DNA of 63,751 bases, the filler included, from Octopus bimaculoides (taxonomy: Eukaryota): NCBI RefSeq assembly GCF_001194135.2. It is 5 parts of 5 records of this genome, joined end to end, with 100 filler letters (N's around TTAATTAATTAA, not from the genome) between each part and the next. Parts side by side here need not be neighbours in the genome. Positions count along the whole stretch, not along the records: positions 17,696 to 48,379 come from NC_068985.1; positions 48,480 to 53,910 come from NC_069000.1; 3 more parts are not named here. The stretch is one strand, 5' to 3'. Made by a program: the position numbers and the translations under genes. Every line of letters starts with the position of its first letter. Within the stretch, counting starts at the first letter, position 1. This document shows, piece by piece, positions 40,601 to 53,657 of this stretch. The notes beneath the pieces were generated by a model. That model made no database searches. It was not told where the DNA came from and was given only the letters and a program-made list of their open reading frames with translations.

Positions 40601-42866
40601 TCTATTTCTCCATGCATTATATATTGTAAATAAATCATTCAGTATTTGCTATTCTTAATACATGCACCAATTTATTTAACTTTTCTATTTCCGCCTGTCC
40701 ATTTATTTATCTACGCCGCTCTCACACACACTATGTCTTCATCACTTTTTCTTCTCTCTCTCTCCAAGAACCTTTATTCTGTTTCACTCGGTTTTCTATG
40801 GGTATGAGCTATATGGTATTGCTATCTCGAAGTATTTATTTTAAAGTGAAGAACGTATTAGATAATGCATTTTTAAGTATATTATATCTCATAGAAAGAA
40901 AAACAGCTTGGTCATGTTTGCACTAACCAGAATCATATATCCGCATGACGGTTTTGACTGGGTCTTAATCTAAACAACAATAGCTCGAAAGTAATTCAAA
41001 AATAAGAGAAACCAAAATATATATGTGGACACTCTATCTCAAAGAATAGCGTTGTATTAAAACTAAAATGAAAAATATAAATAAACCATTATACTGCAAT
41101 AGGTAAAGAAAACCATGTATGAACTGGGAGAATATTGTTATAAGATTTATAAAAGGAATAAGAAAATATGAAAATAAATTAAGGAAGATAGATGAGGACT
41201 CGATAAAATTTATAGTCAACAAGATTAAGAACATCATACTGAGAATAATAATTCCCTTTCATACTATGGAAAAGAATAACTGCAGAAAGATTTTACGATA
41301 GAAAAGAATATGAGCAAAAAATCTTAGATATTTTAAGGGAGCTTCGTATAAGATAAGGCTATCATTATAATTGGTGAAAATAGATATACATTAGAAATAA
41401 TTACTTACGTGCGTAAGAAGGAAGATATGGAAAATAGAAACAACCAAAAAAATTAATTATAAAGTGTAGGAAATAAGAATAATGAAATCAGATAGGTAAA
41501 TAGATAGAGAGGGATATAGAATCGAAAGAGGCAAAGGGAAGTTTCATTGTTAATGGTAAGGATTATGGTGATAAATTCAATATGTTGATAGCGTAGTAGA
41601 AGTATAGGAGCCAATGATCTTATATAATCTAATATAGTATAACATTAAAATAATGTAATATTGGATATCACATAATAGAATAAGTTATATATTCCTCTCT
41701 TGTATAGTTCCTGTATCTTGTGTGGTATAAAAACCTAGATCACGATAACATTATGTGATGGAATTTTGTAGTATCATATCGATGGTATTTTATGTATCGA
41801 AAAGAAAATATATTTATACCAGACCTGTTTTTGTGTTCAGCGTTACGTGGAAAATGAAACATAACATGTTTGAGGTTCAGTGACAGAGGAGAGACCAGTA
41901 AGTCTGGAGTTTTATTAAATACGCTTAATAACTAACGAAATAATTTTTTCGCTTCTTCAAAAGAAATTTCCATGAATATCATTAACCACCTTCCTCCAAG
42001 CTATAGTTACGGTGACATTCTGAATCGAAGGTAACAAAAGGTGGACTGTCTCTGCAAATGTTTAACCGCCATTATTTAGATAAAAGAATTATTGGAATAG
42101 CTATAACAGAAACGAGACGATTGTGTGTGTACACAGGGCAATATATTACCTGGGATGTAACACCAGAAGATTCCCAGATATAAGACTAATGTCAAACGCT
42201 GAACTTTGCTCCAGTGTGAACAGTTGTCTTATTACTTTTATTACAGTCATTTTTGCCGACTGTACAACTCGTCGCAAGGGAAGAAAATAGTTGTAATAAG
42301 CATTCAGTGACATTCCCTGATGTTCACTGTATTCCAAAACAGACGTATAAATGGAAACAGACACAACAGTCACTATACGTACTCACACAAACACACACGC
42401 ATGATTTTATATACGCATTATAAAGGTATGGGCTGCTATTACTTTCATTTGTGGAATGCAGTTTTGGTACAGTTTTAACGCTTTCAGTTTCTAAAGAATT
42501 TCAAGGCTCTGAGCACATCGCCTGTTCTTTTAAGAATCAAGCCGTTGAGGCAAGAAAAATCAAGAGGAATATCGTGAGGATGGATTCAAAAGTGAAAATG
42601 AAAATAGCGGAAAAAGGAAAGAAAATAGAGCGAACAGAAAATTAGAGTTATGTCCCCTACCATCACAAGTTCATAATAACGTTAGCTCTAGTAGAATAAA
42701 TCAACTGCGAGGGGACCAAAGTCAATGATACAGCTGTTGAATTTGGAGATGATAGTGTAGTGCAATTTAGAAAAAGAAGAGATCAAAAACTTGTGCGTTG
42801 ACATAGCAGACGGAAACTGAGAACTGTCCGTTGTATATATGTGTGTACGTATGTATATAAATAAGC

Positions 42867-42906
<40 letters not shown>

Positions 42907-43637
42907 CTGAACTTCAGTGCTTTTGTAGTTGTCTTGCTTTATGCTGTTGCAGTGATTTTAAAGGTGATTGCCCAGAAATCTGCGTCGAATGGTCTGCAAC
43001 ATTTGTTGCAATCAAAACACATTATCTCAGAGAAACTTCTTTGAAACTCAATTCGCTTGAACGGACTCAGTGTAGGAGTGGTCTTAGTCAGTGACGAGTC
43101 GACTTCTACTATAAGTGTGTATGTGAATGCGCGCGCGCATGTGTGTGTGTGAGCATGCGCGCGAGCGTGCACGCCTGCGCGTGTATGTGTCTGAGGAGTA
43201 TAGTTCTCCGCGTCTCATCGATTTTCTGGTTTACCTCGATATTTTTGAACATATTGGTGTTTCGAATGCAGTTGATTTTCTCCACAATGAAATTTAGGGT
43301 ACATCCTATCAAATCAAATATCCTGTTGGCTATTTTTATCTTTAATTGGCAATAATTTCATCTTTATGAAGCTGTCACAACATCGTTATCTTTGCCTGTA
43401 GCGAATGCCCTTTTTTGTTCTCCTGTTCCAGACTGTTCTGACCACAATATCATGAAGCATATAGGAATACTGCTTAGAAGATATTCACTCGTAGCTGGCA
43501 CCAATTGGCCGATGTCTTCACTTACTGACTATGCACGTATATGTATAGACGTTTGTGCATATACATATATATTATGTCTCTCTCTCTCTCTCACTATCCA
43601 ATTTTTTTTCTCCGTGTTTTTCTCCTTGTCTCCGTAT

Positions 43638-43673
43638 TCTTTCTGTTGAAGAGCGTAGCTCGAAACGTCAAAG
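43638..43673 (+). ncRNA. Minimal hammerhead-like motif with a variant core, in a probable Penelope pLTR fragment
   Basis: tcttt-CTGTTGA-a-GAGC gta GCTC-GAAAC-GTC-aaga; the element continues to a (TA)n tract and a gap. Confidence 0.5.
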
Positions 43674-46076
43674 ACTTTCCGTATTCCCGAGCGTCATACT
43701 AATATATACTTTTGTTATTTACACCACCTGTCCTCGTCTGTTGTTATTATTTGTATATTCTCCTATATATNNNNNNNNNNNNNNNNNNNNNNNNNNNNNN
43801 NNNNNNNNNNNNNNNNNNNNNNNNNNNNNNNNNNNNNNNNNNNNNNNNNNNNNNNNNNNNNNNNNNNNNNNNNNNNNNNNNNNNNNNNNNNNNNNNNNNN
43901 NNNNNNNNNNNNNNNNNNNNNNNNNNNNNNNNNNNNNNNNNNNNNNNNNNNNNNNNNNNNNNNNNNNNNNNNNNNNNNNNNNNNNNNNNNNNNNNNNNNN
44001 NNNNNNNNNNNNNNNNNNNNNNNNNNNNNNNNNNNNNNNNNNNNNNNNNNNNNNNNNNNNNNNNNNNNNNNNNNNNNNNNNNNNNNNNNNNNNNNNNNNN
44101 NNNNNNNNNNNNNNNNNNNNNNNNNNNNNNNNNNNNNNNNNNNNNNNNNNNNNNNNNNNNNNNNNNNNNNNNNNNNNNNNNNNNNNNNNNNNNNNNNNNN
44201 NNNNNNNNNNNNNNNNNNNNNNNNNNNNNNNNNNNNNNNNNNNNNNNNNNNNNNNNNNNNNNNNNNNNNNNNNNNNNNNNNNNNNNNNNNNNNNNNNNNN
44301 NNNNNNNNNNNNNNNNNNNNNNNNNNNNNNNNNNNNNNNNNNNNNNNNNNNNNNNNNNNNNNNNNNNNNNNNNNNNNNNNNNNNNNNNNNNNNNNNNNNN
44401 NNNNNNNNNNNNNNNNNNNNNNNNNNNNNNNNNNNNNNNNNNNNNNNNNNNNNNNNNNNNNNNNNNNNNNNNNNNNNNNNNNNNNNNNNNNNNNNNNNNN
44501 NNNNNNNNNNNNNNNNNNNNNNNNNNNNNNNNNNNNNNNNNNNNNNNNNNNNNNNNNNNNNNNNNNNNNNNNNNNNNNNNNNNNNNNNNNNNNNNTGTGT
44601 ATTTCCGTAAAAAGCATATAAAACGAAAATTTAGCTTTGTTAGACTGTAGCCGACTAATCGTTATTTAAACGTTGCATTGTTTCCTCTCTTACCTTCCTA
44701 TTCAGAAACTGATAAATGTAACAAAGCCATTACATCGCTATTTAAAATTCTCTTTATTCTTTTTTGTTGTTTCATTGTAAGAATTCTTTATATATTTTCT
44801 TCTTGATCAAGCGGAAGGCGTTTGTAGTGTCATACTTACCGTTTGATCTCATTATTCAACTCTGCTGCAATTTCCTCAATCGTGTGCCCTCCCTATACTT
44901 CACATTTTCGTTGGCGTGATTTCATTTGCATGATTTTTGTTATGTTTAAATGCACTAAACAACCCCACTCCTCACAACACTGTCCCACCCACCAGTATAC
45001 TAACAACATCACTGATGTCTTTGTTTCTATCTTCGTATTCCATAGTTCCACCGATACTTTATTCATTATAAGCTTTCTTTACGAAAATTCTGTGACTCCA
45101 TTATCAATTGAACATGCATCATCTGTGATGAAGCAGGCACACGCAATAAAAGTGTGTGGAGAAGAGAATCAACCGGAAGTTTCATTAAACTGTCACGGAG
45201 GGGGGACTATTGTTTAAGCTGTTAGTTCTTCTAATTTAAGTCACTGCGTGTTGTTACCGATTTCCTTGAAGTGTTACAAGAGCATATGTGTACAGTTAGA
45301 ATTACAGTGTATGTGCCTGTGTATGTATGTGCGCGTGTTTGCTTGGCTGTATATGTATATAAATGCAAATACATATTACAATATGCATATACACATATGT
45401 ATATATTATCTATCCATCTACCTACCTATCTATCTAGCTATCTATTTACCTATCTGTCGATTTCTTTCTCTGTATCTATCTACCTATATATATATATATA
45501 TATNNNNNNNNNNNNNNNNNNNNNNNNNNNNNNNNNNNNNNNNNNNNNNNNNNNNNNNNNNNNNNNNNNNNNNNNNNNNNNNNNNNNNNNNNNNNNNNNN
45601 NNNNNNNNNNNNNNNNNNNNNNNNNNNNNNNNNNNNNNNNNNNNNNNNNNNNNNNNNNNNNNNNNNNNNNNNNNNNNNNNNNNNNNNNNNNNNNNNNNNN
45701 NNNNNNNNNNNNNNNNNNNNNNNNNNNNNNNNNNNNNNNNNNNNNNNNNNNNNNNNNNNNNNNNNNNNNNNNNNNNNNNNNNNNNNNNNNNNNNNNNNNN
45801 NNNNNNNNNNNNNNNNNNNNNNNNNNNNNNNNNNNNNNNNNNNNNNNNNNNNNNNNNNNNNNNNNNNNNNNNNNNNNNNNNNNNNNNNNNNNNNNNNNNN
45901 NNNNNNNNNNNNNNNNNNNNNNNNNNNNNNNNNNNNNNNNNNNNNNNNNNNNNNNNNNNNNNNNNNNNNNNNNNNNNNNNNNNNNNNNNNNNNNNNNNNN
46001 NNNNNNNNNNNNNNNNNNNNNNNNNNNNNNNNNNNNNTATATATATATATATATATTTATATATCGCTCTGTCTAT

Positions 46077-46166
<90 letters not shown>

Positions 46167-46199
46167 GGCTAGCTCTCTATCCATGTCTATCTATACACA

Positions 46200-46355
46200 T
46201 ATATATACTTTTATTCTTTTATTTCAGTTATTTAAATGCGGCTATGCTGGAACACCGTCTATATTCGAGCAAATCGACCACAAGAGCTATTCTTCGTGGG
46301 CTTAGTACTATATCTACCCTGTTTCGTTTGCCGAACCGCTAAGTTACGGGGATGT
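46200..46355 (-). mobile_element. SINE family B, 3' part
   Basis: ttgccgaaccgctaagttacgggga is the revcomp of the family B body. Confidence 0.7.
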
Positions 46356-46966
46356 TTTCAGTCATTGCAACTTTTGCAGATTATAGTTAAGTATGAAAAT
46401 CAATTAAATTGTGGAAAAATTAAATGAAATGCTTATTAGAAAAACTATATTTCCCTAGTTTTCAAAAGGAAGGGACATTTTCCTTTTTTCTGCCTGTCTC
46501 TGTCTCGCTTTTTTGCTCTTGTATGTGTAAGTACGTATGTATGAAAACTTTTATCAGCGTTTTTTTTTTCTTATAATGATGTACTTGTTGGCTAACAATG
46601 AAATAAATGGTCCAGTATGAGAGTTTGAACAACAAAACCTATAATTGTTATGTATCACCCTTATAGGTCGTAGAAGTAAAGTTCTAGTCAGCTGTTCCCT
46701 TACTTTCTTTAAAAAAATTTACTTTTCCCGACTGCGGTTTGAGCTGTTAATAATATAACAGTGTAAAAATCGTTCTTGATATAGTTACCGGTTTTTAAAT
46801 AGCTGTGTCTAGTTATTCTCCCTTATAAGCTAGTTTTCTGTGTTCACATTGTCTGCTGACTATTATCTATGAAATAACTAAATAAATTATGCTATATTTG
46901 CCTAAGCATGTACGTTTGTAAGTAGGCATGTATCTGTGTATATGTACGTATAGATATGTGTGTGTT

Positions 46967-47004
<38 letters not shown>

Positions 47005-47532
47005 TTACAAATTAAAAGGGTAAATGATTATCATTTTATTAATTAATAAATCAATTAACAATTAACAATTTTTACCAAGCCCATCGGTATGAAAGCACCA
47101 TTATTGGTGGAGAACTTATTTAAAAGCTCATATATATTTATAAATATAATTAAGGGATCAGCAAATATTTGCTTCGCCATATACCGAAGTTCAGAAATAG
47201 CAGCTTCTTGTTTTTTGCCTTTGTGAGTTACAAGTGGTGCTATCTGTGGGACTCTCAGCTTTTTTAGCTGCTATTNNNNNNNNNNNNNNNNNNNNNNNNN
47301 NNNNNNNNNNNNNNNNNNNNNNNNNNNNNNNNNNNNNNNNNNNNNNNNNNNNNNNNNNNNNNNNNNNNNNNNNNNNNNNNNNNNNNNNNNNNNNNNNNNN
47401 NNNNNNNNNNNNNNNNNNNNNNNNNNNNNNNNNNNNNNNNNNNNNNNNNNNNNNNNNNNNNNNNNNNNNNNNNNNNNNNNNNNNNNNNNNNNNNNNNNNN
47501 NNATATATATGTATGTATGTGTGTGTGTAATA

Positions 47533-47758
47533 CAGTAATCGATCGGCGGTTGTGGGTGTTACGTTCCAAAAGCCGCGATAGGTTAAAATCCGCGATAAAG
47601 AAACAATATTGTTCTGTTTTGTATTTTTTTAAAAATTTTCTTTTATAATTTCTATATAATTATTTTATTATAAATACAAAACAACATCACTGAGGAATCG
47701 ACGTAAGCTGAAACAATAAACCGTGATAGGTGAACCGGAATATGGCGAGGGAGTATTT
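47533..47758. mobile_element. Tigger-type MITE, short inverted sibling of 8963-9454
   Basis: TA|CAGTAATC start; gtgttacgttccaaaa and ccgcgataggt are reverse matches to 9380-9450; ends ggcgagggagta. Confidence 0.7.
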
Positions 47759-48492
47759 ATGATAAATAATTTGGACAAATATTTATAATAGCTTTAGTGT
47801 GTTTGAATGTTGAGTAGAGCACCGGCAAAGTTTAGGCTACCAATTGTCATGTGCAGCTGTGGTACACTTCTGCTGGATCTGCTTCAGGAACTAATTTAAT
47901 GGGCAAAAAACAAGACAGCCGACAGTAAAAATCTGTAGAGAGACATAACTTTATCGATGTACTTGATGAGACCCACACTGAAGGGCCGAGACATATATTG
48001 TACCTAATAAAGTTTTAATAATGAATCCATCTCCTGTTAATTATTATTATTAGTAGTATTATCATTTTGTATGTCTATCTGTATGTATGTTGAATATGCC
48101 CTGTATATGTCAGAGATGAGGATAGTTTCAATAAGGACTCAATACACGGTGCTACACACAGTCTACTGTCATAGCACAAATTAAATCTGGATATTTTGCG
48201 AAAGCACTTTCATTGTGTTCTCGCAATTGCTTGTTCATATATTTCTTAAGTCCATTCTAGTTTTATATTGTAGTAAAATTCAGATGATTATACTTGTTTC
48301 ATGTGTGTTGGTTTATTATGAAGTTAGCCAGTGTCTGTATGATTTGTGTTTGTGGGTTTGCCCAGCATGGTTACGTGGANNNNNNNNNNNNNNNNNNNNN
48401 NNNNNNNNNNNNNNNNNNNNNNNTTAATTAATTAANNNNNNNNNNNNNNNNNNNNNNNNNNNNNNNNNNNNNNNNNNNNTATAGATACATAC

Positions 48493-48541
<49 letters not shown>

Positions 48542-50036
48542 CATACATCACCGTCGCAATCGACTATCATGATGTACATAATCACCATCAACACCAAACC
48601 AATACAAGCACCGCCATTACCTATCCACCGACCAACATCATTAATAGTATGAACAAAATAAGCAACTCCATTTAATATAAAAGAGAAAAATATGAAATAA
48701 TGTGATGCTCTCATGTATTCAATAGCTGAATGAAATGTTTTTGATTTTAAGCAAAGAAGGGTTGACTTAAGTCTAAATAGAAACACCCATACATTTTACA
48801 AGAACGATATGACAACTGTTACCATCAGCAATAATAACATCAACATGGTAGCAATGTCTGTATGCTACATATATTGCATGTCAACGCAATGGTATAGAGT
48901 GCGTGTTTGTGACTCTTGGTGGTGGAATTCTCATGGCTCAAGTCAGAGATACAAGCAGCAAACACAGCAATCTGGCTACACTTTAACTAACTGTAGTTAC
49001 ACTTTACTTCCCCCGCTCCACCTCTTCACCCTTTCTTCTCATTTCCATTCTTATATCCATAGGAACATGACAGTAATATTTTGCCGTTACTAAACAGATT
49101 TCTTTTCTGTTGTTGTGGATAATTGTCGATCGTTGTCACTGTTGTTTTTGCCAATAGTTTAAAATATCAAGAACGAAGACATAAAGTAGAACTGAAGGTA
49201 GTAGTTTGAAAAGAAACCATATTAAACATTTTGTTTAAGAAAAGGCTTGATACGAGAGACAAAAATCAGACATATTACCAAAACATTAAAAATTGCAGAG
49301 AGTAAAATATGTCACATTATTCTAGAGAGAGAAAAATATGTGTCAATAGAAAGAAAACCGGGTCAAATGCGCAAGAAGCTACTCTATTTACTACTCTATT
49401 TACTACTCATAGAACTAATGTTATGCTTAAAATGGAACAGAACTTGAATGAAAGATTCGGGGACAAGATGATAACGAAACAGTCAAAAGTTTCTATGACG
49501 ATGTACAGAACAGAAAGTTGATACTTCTTATGAAAAACATTTTTAGTCTAGTAAAGAATGCTTGAATTTGTACAACATAAAAAGAAACTGGTGAAACTGC
49601 CAGTGTTGCTACAAAGATTGCGATAAATTATCCTGAGTAGCTGAAAAAGTTATTAATGGAGTTACAAAAGTTATTAATGGAGTTACAAAATTGTTAAAAC
49701 TGCACTTTAATTCTCGAGAAGAAAAAAACAATACCAGAGTTTAAAACTTCGAAAAAGCGTCTAATACATCTGGGAGGAAATACCGTTCATAATATGAAAT
49801 TAAAACACCTGCCCGTGTATCACCTCGAAAATCCAAGAGCTTTCAAGGGTTACGCAATGTTTATTTTTCTTTTGATTTGGAGTTCAAAGAAGGCAGAGAT
49901 TACTATGAGCTTTTTTTGAAAAGGGCTTTACAAACAATCTACAAACTTCAGTTCTATATTAAAGAGATGAGGAATTATGTACATTATTTACATTATCTAC
50001 AGTTGGCGGATATTTGTCTTCATCTTGTTTGTTGTT

Positions 50037-50082
50037 AACACAACGTTTCGGCTGATATACCCTCCAGCCTTCATCAGGTGTC
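50037..50082 (-). ncRNA. Minimal type I hammerhead ribozyme (Penelope type)
   Basis: Revcomp reads GACAC-CTGATGA-A-GGCTG(gagggtatat)CAGCC-GAAAC-GTT-GTGTT. Confidence 0.75.
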
Positions 50083-50213
50083 TTGGGGAATTTTCGAACC
50101 TGGATTCTCATTCCTAAGGTATTTTTCAATGTTGTGGGCATATAGCGTAGTGGTTAAGAGCGCGGGCTACTAACCCCCAAGATTCCGAGTTCGATTCCAG
50201 GCAGTGACTTGAA

Positions 50214-50275
<62 letters not shown>

Positions 50276-50340
50276 ACAACAACAACAACAACATCGAAAA
50301 ATACCTTAGGAATGAGAACCCAGGTTCGAAATTTCCTCAA

Positions 50341-50386
50341 GACACCTGATGAAGGCTGGAGGGTATATCAGCCGAAACGTTGTGTT
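50341..50386 (+). ncRNA. Minimal type I hammerhead ribozyme (Penelope type)
   Basis: Stem I GACAC/GTGTT, core CUGAUGA, stem II GGCTG/CAGCC, GAAAC, palindromic AACGUU helix III; predicted cleavage after GUU at 50381. Confidence 0.75.
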
Positions 50387-51759
50387 AACCACAAACAAGA
50401 TGAGGACAAATATCCGTCAATTGTAAATAATGTAAATAAAATCTACAAACTTGTAGAGAGGTTCGGTGTCAGACATAATACTTTCAACAAAGCATGGCTC
50501 ATTTTAGATAATACACAAAGACACTCAGTGAAATTAGGTGAGCTTTCTAATCATGTGAGAATATAAAATATATCCTCAAGGATACAAGGTTTTTACTCTA
50601 GCTAATAGATCAAGGTGTGATAGCTAACCTGAAGACATCTGAAAAGTTTTAAACGACTCATGAAAACAATTGACAGTAGGAAAAAACCAGTAGTTACACA
50701 CTCCTGGAAGAAGTTCAACATAACGGATATTGTGTATAACATAGTTGAGTAATGGAATTGAGTGGAACTCTCAACAGTGAATGGTGCTTGGAGGAAAAAT
50801 ATGGCCAGGCTGTGTGCGTAACTAGGTAAGTTTTCCACAAGCAGAAAGTTTACATCAAATTCGGAGAGACATCATGGCATTTGCAAATAATGTAAGGTTT
50901 GAAGTCACAGAGGATGGTATAGTGGATTTACTAGTGTCTCGTTGAGAGAGTTTATCTAACGAGCAGATGAGGTTCTTAAAAAAAGCGCAAGCTGAGAAGA
51001 AAATGACAATACGGAAATTCTTCTAATTCTATTAAAAGTTAACTGTGAAAAATATTGCTAATTACCGTGCACTTGTAGAAGAAGGTCGGCAACATTTTGA
51101 GGATAACCACACTAATTATGATTGTAATATAAAAATGACAGTAGGAGTTACAATCTTCTCAGATTCTACACAGAGCGTAATAGAGAGTTCAAGCAATTTT
51201 GGATAAGTTCTTCGGCCTCAAGACAATGATCATAGTGAAAATATTGTCTCTCAAATTCCAGTAATTCTCATTCCTCTATCACTATTCTTTACTCACTATT
51301 CAATATATTTCGTGGTAAGAATGCAACCTGTCACGATATTATGAGTCTACAATGTACTTTCCAAATGTTTAGATGTTTTTTATGTATGCATATTGTAATG
51401 AGTATATTCAGAAATTTTTATTTTCATGCGTAAAACTAGACATGTTGCTTGTTTTGATGGTGCTGTTTCTCTTCGAAAACTAAATCCAGCGAACACGTCC
51501 TTGCTTTATAATATGAAAAAATCAATGAAGTCATGGGAAAACTGACCTATGCAGTAAAAAAAAAAAAAAAAAAATTGAAAGCATAATCCTCATTGACTTT
51601 TGAACCGCAAAAGTGAATTACCATTTGTATTGTGTCCATCGATTCGTCAAAACATTCCGTTTTCCTCATAAATCGAAATGTCACGCCTTCAATAGCTCAA
51701 CATACATCCACCTCCTGATTAATGGGACATGCAATTCACTTAAATTTGTATTTGTACCA

Positions 51760-53657
51760 GACACTTAAAAAGCAAAAGTAATAAGTACCTGAAGACGTAA
51801 GAGACATAACCGCCGAAGTAGCGGAGGGTAAACATATTATAAACACGACTGCCACACCCAGGAAAAGCCCAGCAGCGACACCTAATAAAGAAAAGAACGG
51901 GGAGGTAGGCGAATTTGTACAGCTTCTCCCCAAACTGAAAGTGTGAGTAATCTCTTTCCTTTTATTTCTCAAAAATGATTAAGTTAGGGTGCATAAAGGT
52001 GCGTGGACTGGGGTCGAAATGGAAGCAGGCTTCTTTTCTGGACGACCTCAGGACAAGTGATATAGATGTAGCAGTCACAGCTGAGTCCAAGATGAGTGGA
52101 TTAGAAGCGTTCTCTCCTCTTCTGAATGACTATGAGAAATTTATTTCTCCTAGCCGACGAGGAGTGGGGGCGTGGTGGTCTTATTCAGGAAGAACTTGAA
52201 CTTGTAGGTAAGTACTGTCTTTCCGGACCCAGAAGGTAGGCTGGTCGTCCTGGATGTAACTCATGAAAGTAAACAGTCCTTTAGGTTGGTATCTGTGTAC
52301 GTTCCTAACGAGCGTGGGCAGTCGGGTTTTTTTCGAGACGTGAAGCACTTTCTAGTGACGTCTAAAACAGTAGTTCTATTAGGAGACTTTAATACTATAC
52401 TCGATACGCAGGTGGATAGTGTTAGCTCGACTGATATGAAAGGAAATCCTGGCCTCAAGGGTCTACTAGAGAGCTATAATCTAGTAGACCGTTACAGATT
52501 GGATGAGCCGTTCGTTCCATAGTAGACGTGGAGTAATAACGACGGCTCATGCAGATCTTACATTGGTAGGGTATACGTTAGAGATAGAGATAAGGATACT
52601 TTTAGTTGTCCACAATTTAATATAGTACCTTACACGGATCACAAATTTGTGGCGTGTGAAGTACACTTAGATAAATGTCACAGACAGGGACCCAGGTAGT
52701 AGAAAATGAACAAGTCTATTTTGACTTGTAAAGCCTTCCGTGCCCGGATTAAGGAGTTAGTACAGAGGGCACTATGTGGCGCCATCATTAATAATAGATG
52801 GTGGCACGTCCTCAAGAGAGTCATTTGTTTAGAGTCTATTAGATTTAGCAATCAGCTAAGTTTAGATAGATCAAGAATAGAGGGTGACTTAGTTAAGAAC
52901 TTAGACGAGGCCTTGAAATCTGGCTCTGCATCTAGAGTGCTGGCGGCGAGAACGGTCTTGTACCATTACTTCAACGCCAAGCATGAAGGTAGCAGAGTTA
53001 GAGCTAAGCTACGTGCAGTGGGACGAGAAGGTATTAACGTTGCCGGATGGGCACGTCGTGTGCGAGTCAGAGGGGTAGAAAGCCTCTTTATAGAGGCTTT
53101 AACAGACGAACAGGGGCGCAAGATCTATGGACAGGATGAGATGCAAAAAACCTTTCATCAGCATTTGCACGGTTGTTCGGGCTGGGCGGCGCGCTAGAGC
53201 ATGGGGAGACCCTAAAGGGCTTCCTCGCCGGTTGGCCATGACTCTCGGCACGGGAGGCGAGGTGCTGTGAAGGGCCGATTACAGCTACAAAAATCAAAGA
53301 AGCGTTGGCCGAGTGCGCCTGGGAAAGTCGCCGGGACTAGATGGTCTACCCTATGAGTTTTATCGTAGCATGCCGGACTTGTTCGGGGAGCTGCTGGCCA
53401 GCGTCTAGACAAACTAGCAACAGAATGGGAAATACCCAGCTCTGTGAGTCGGGGAGTGGTGACGCTGATCCAAATGGACCCGAGCAAGGGGTATATTATA
53501 AGTAATTACAGGCCCATAACTCTACTCAATGTAGAGTTAAAGATTTTGGCCAAGGTGTTAGCTAAAAGTTTGACGCGTGTCGTGGAAAAACTTATCGGGA
53601 AGGCGCAGACATGCGCCATCCCAGGCAGATCGATCCAGGACAATCTTCACCTTATAC
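51760..53657 (+). mobile_element. Decayed Tx1/L1-clade LINE: ORF1 end plus ORF2 APE and RT N-terminal part
   Basis: ORF2 start 51975 MIKLGCIKVRGL; VYVPN...LLGDFN; YTDHKFV; KMNKSIL; GKSPGLDGLPYEFY; NYRPITLLNVELKILAKVLA; IPGRSIQDNL; frameshifts and stops. Confidence 0.9.

Larger units (their letters stand above)
49949..50439 (+). mobile_element. Composite non-autonomous element: inverted Penelope-like pLTR arm, tRNA-derived head, (TAC)n(AAC)n, sense pLTR arm
   Basis: 13-bp TSD AATCTACAAACTT (49936-49948 / 50440-50452); 152-bp inverted arms at 49984-50135 and 50288-50439 with about 9 mismatches; A box TAGCGTAGTGG and B box GAGTTCGATTCC at 50136-50210. Confidence 0.88.
49200..51100 (+). pseudogene. 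Decayed Tigger/pogo (DDE_1) transposase, interrupted at 49949-50439
   Basis: HTH IRHITKTLKIAESKICHII; GETASV...YPE*LKKLL; KLKHLPVYHLENPRAFKGY; KAWLILDN; IDQGVIANLK; SWKKFNI...NGAWRKIWPGCV; boundaries approximate. Confidence 0.8.

Noticed and set aside
41040-41700. A-rich stretch with a Lys/Ile-rich ORF, possibly a decayed PLE N-terminus
   Set aside because: No diagnostic motif could be read
50136-50210. Possible tRNA gene (also the heads at 10397, 12460 and 17293)
   Set aside because: Acceptor stems do not close and the heads run into SINE bodies; treated as SINE heads
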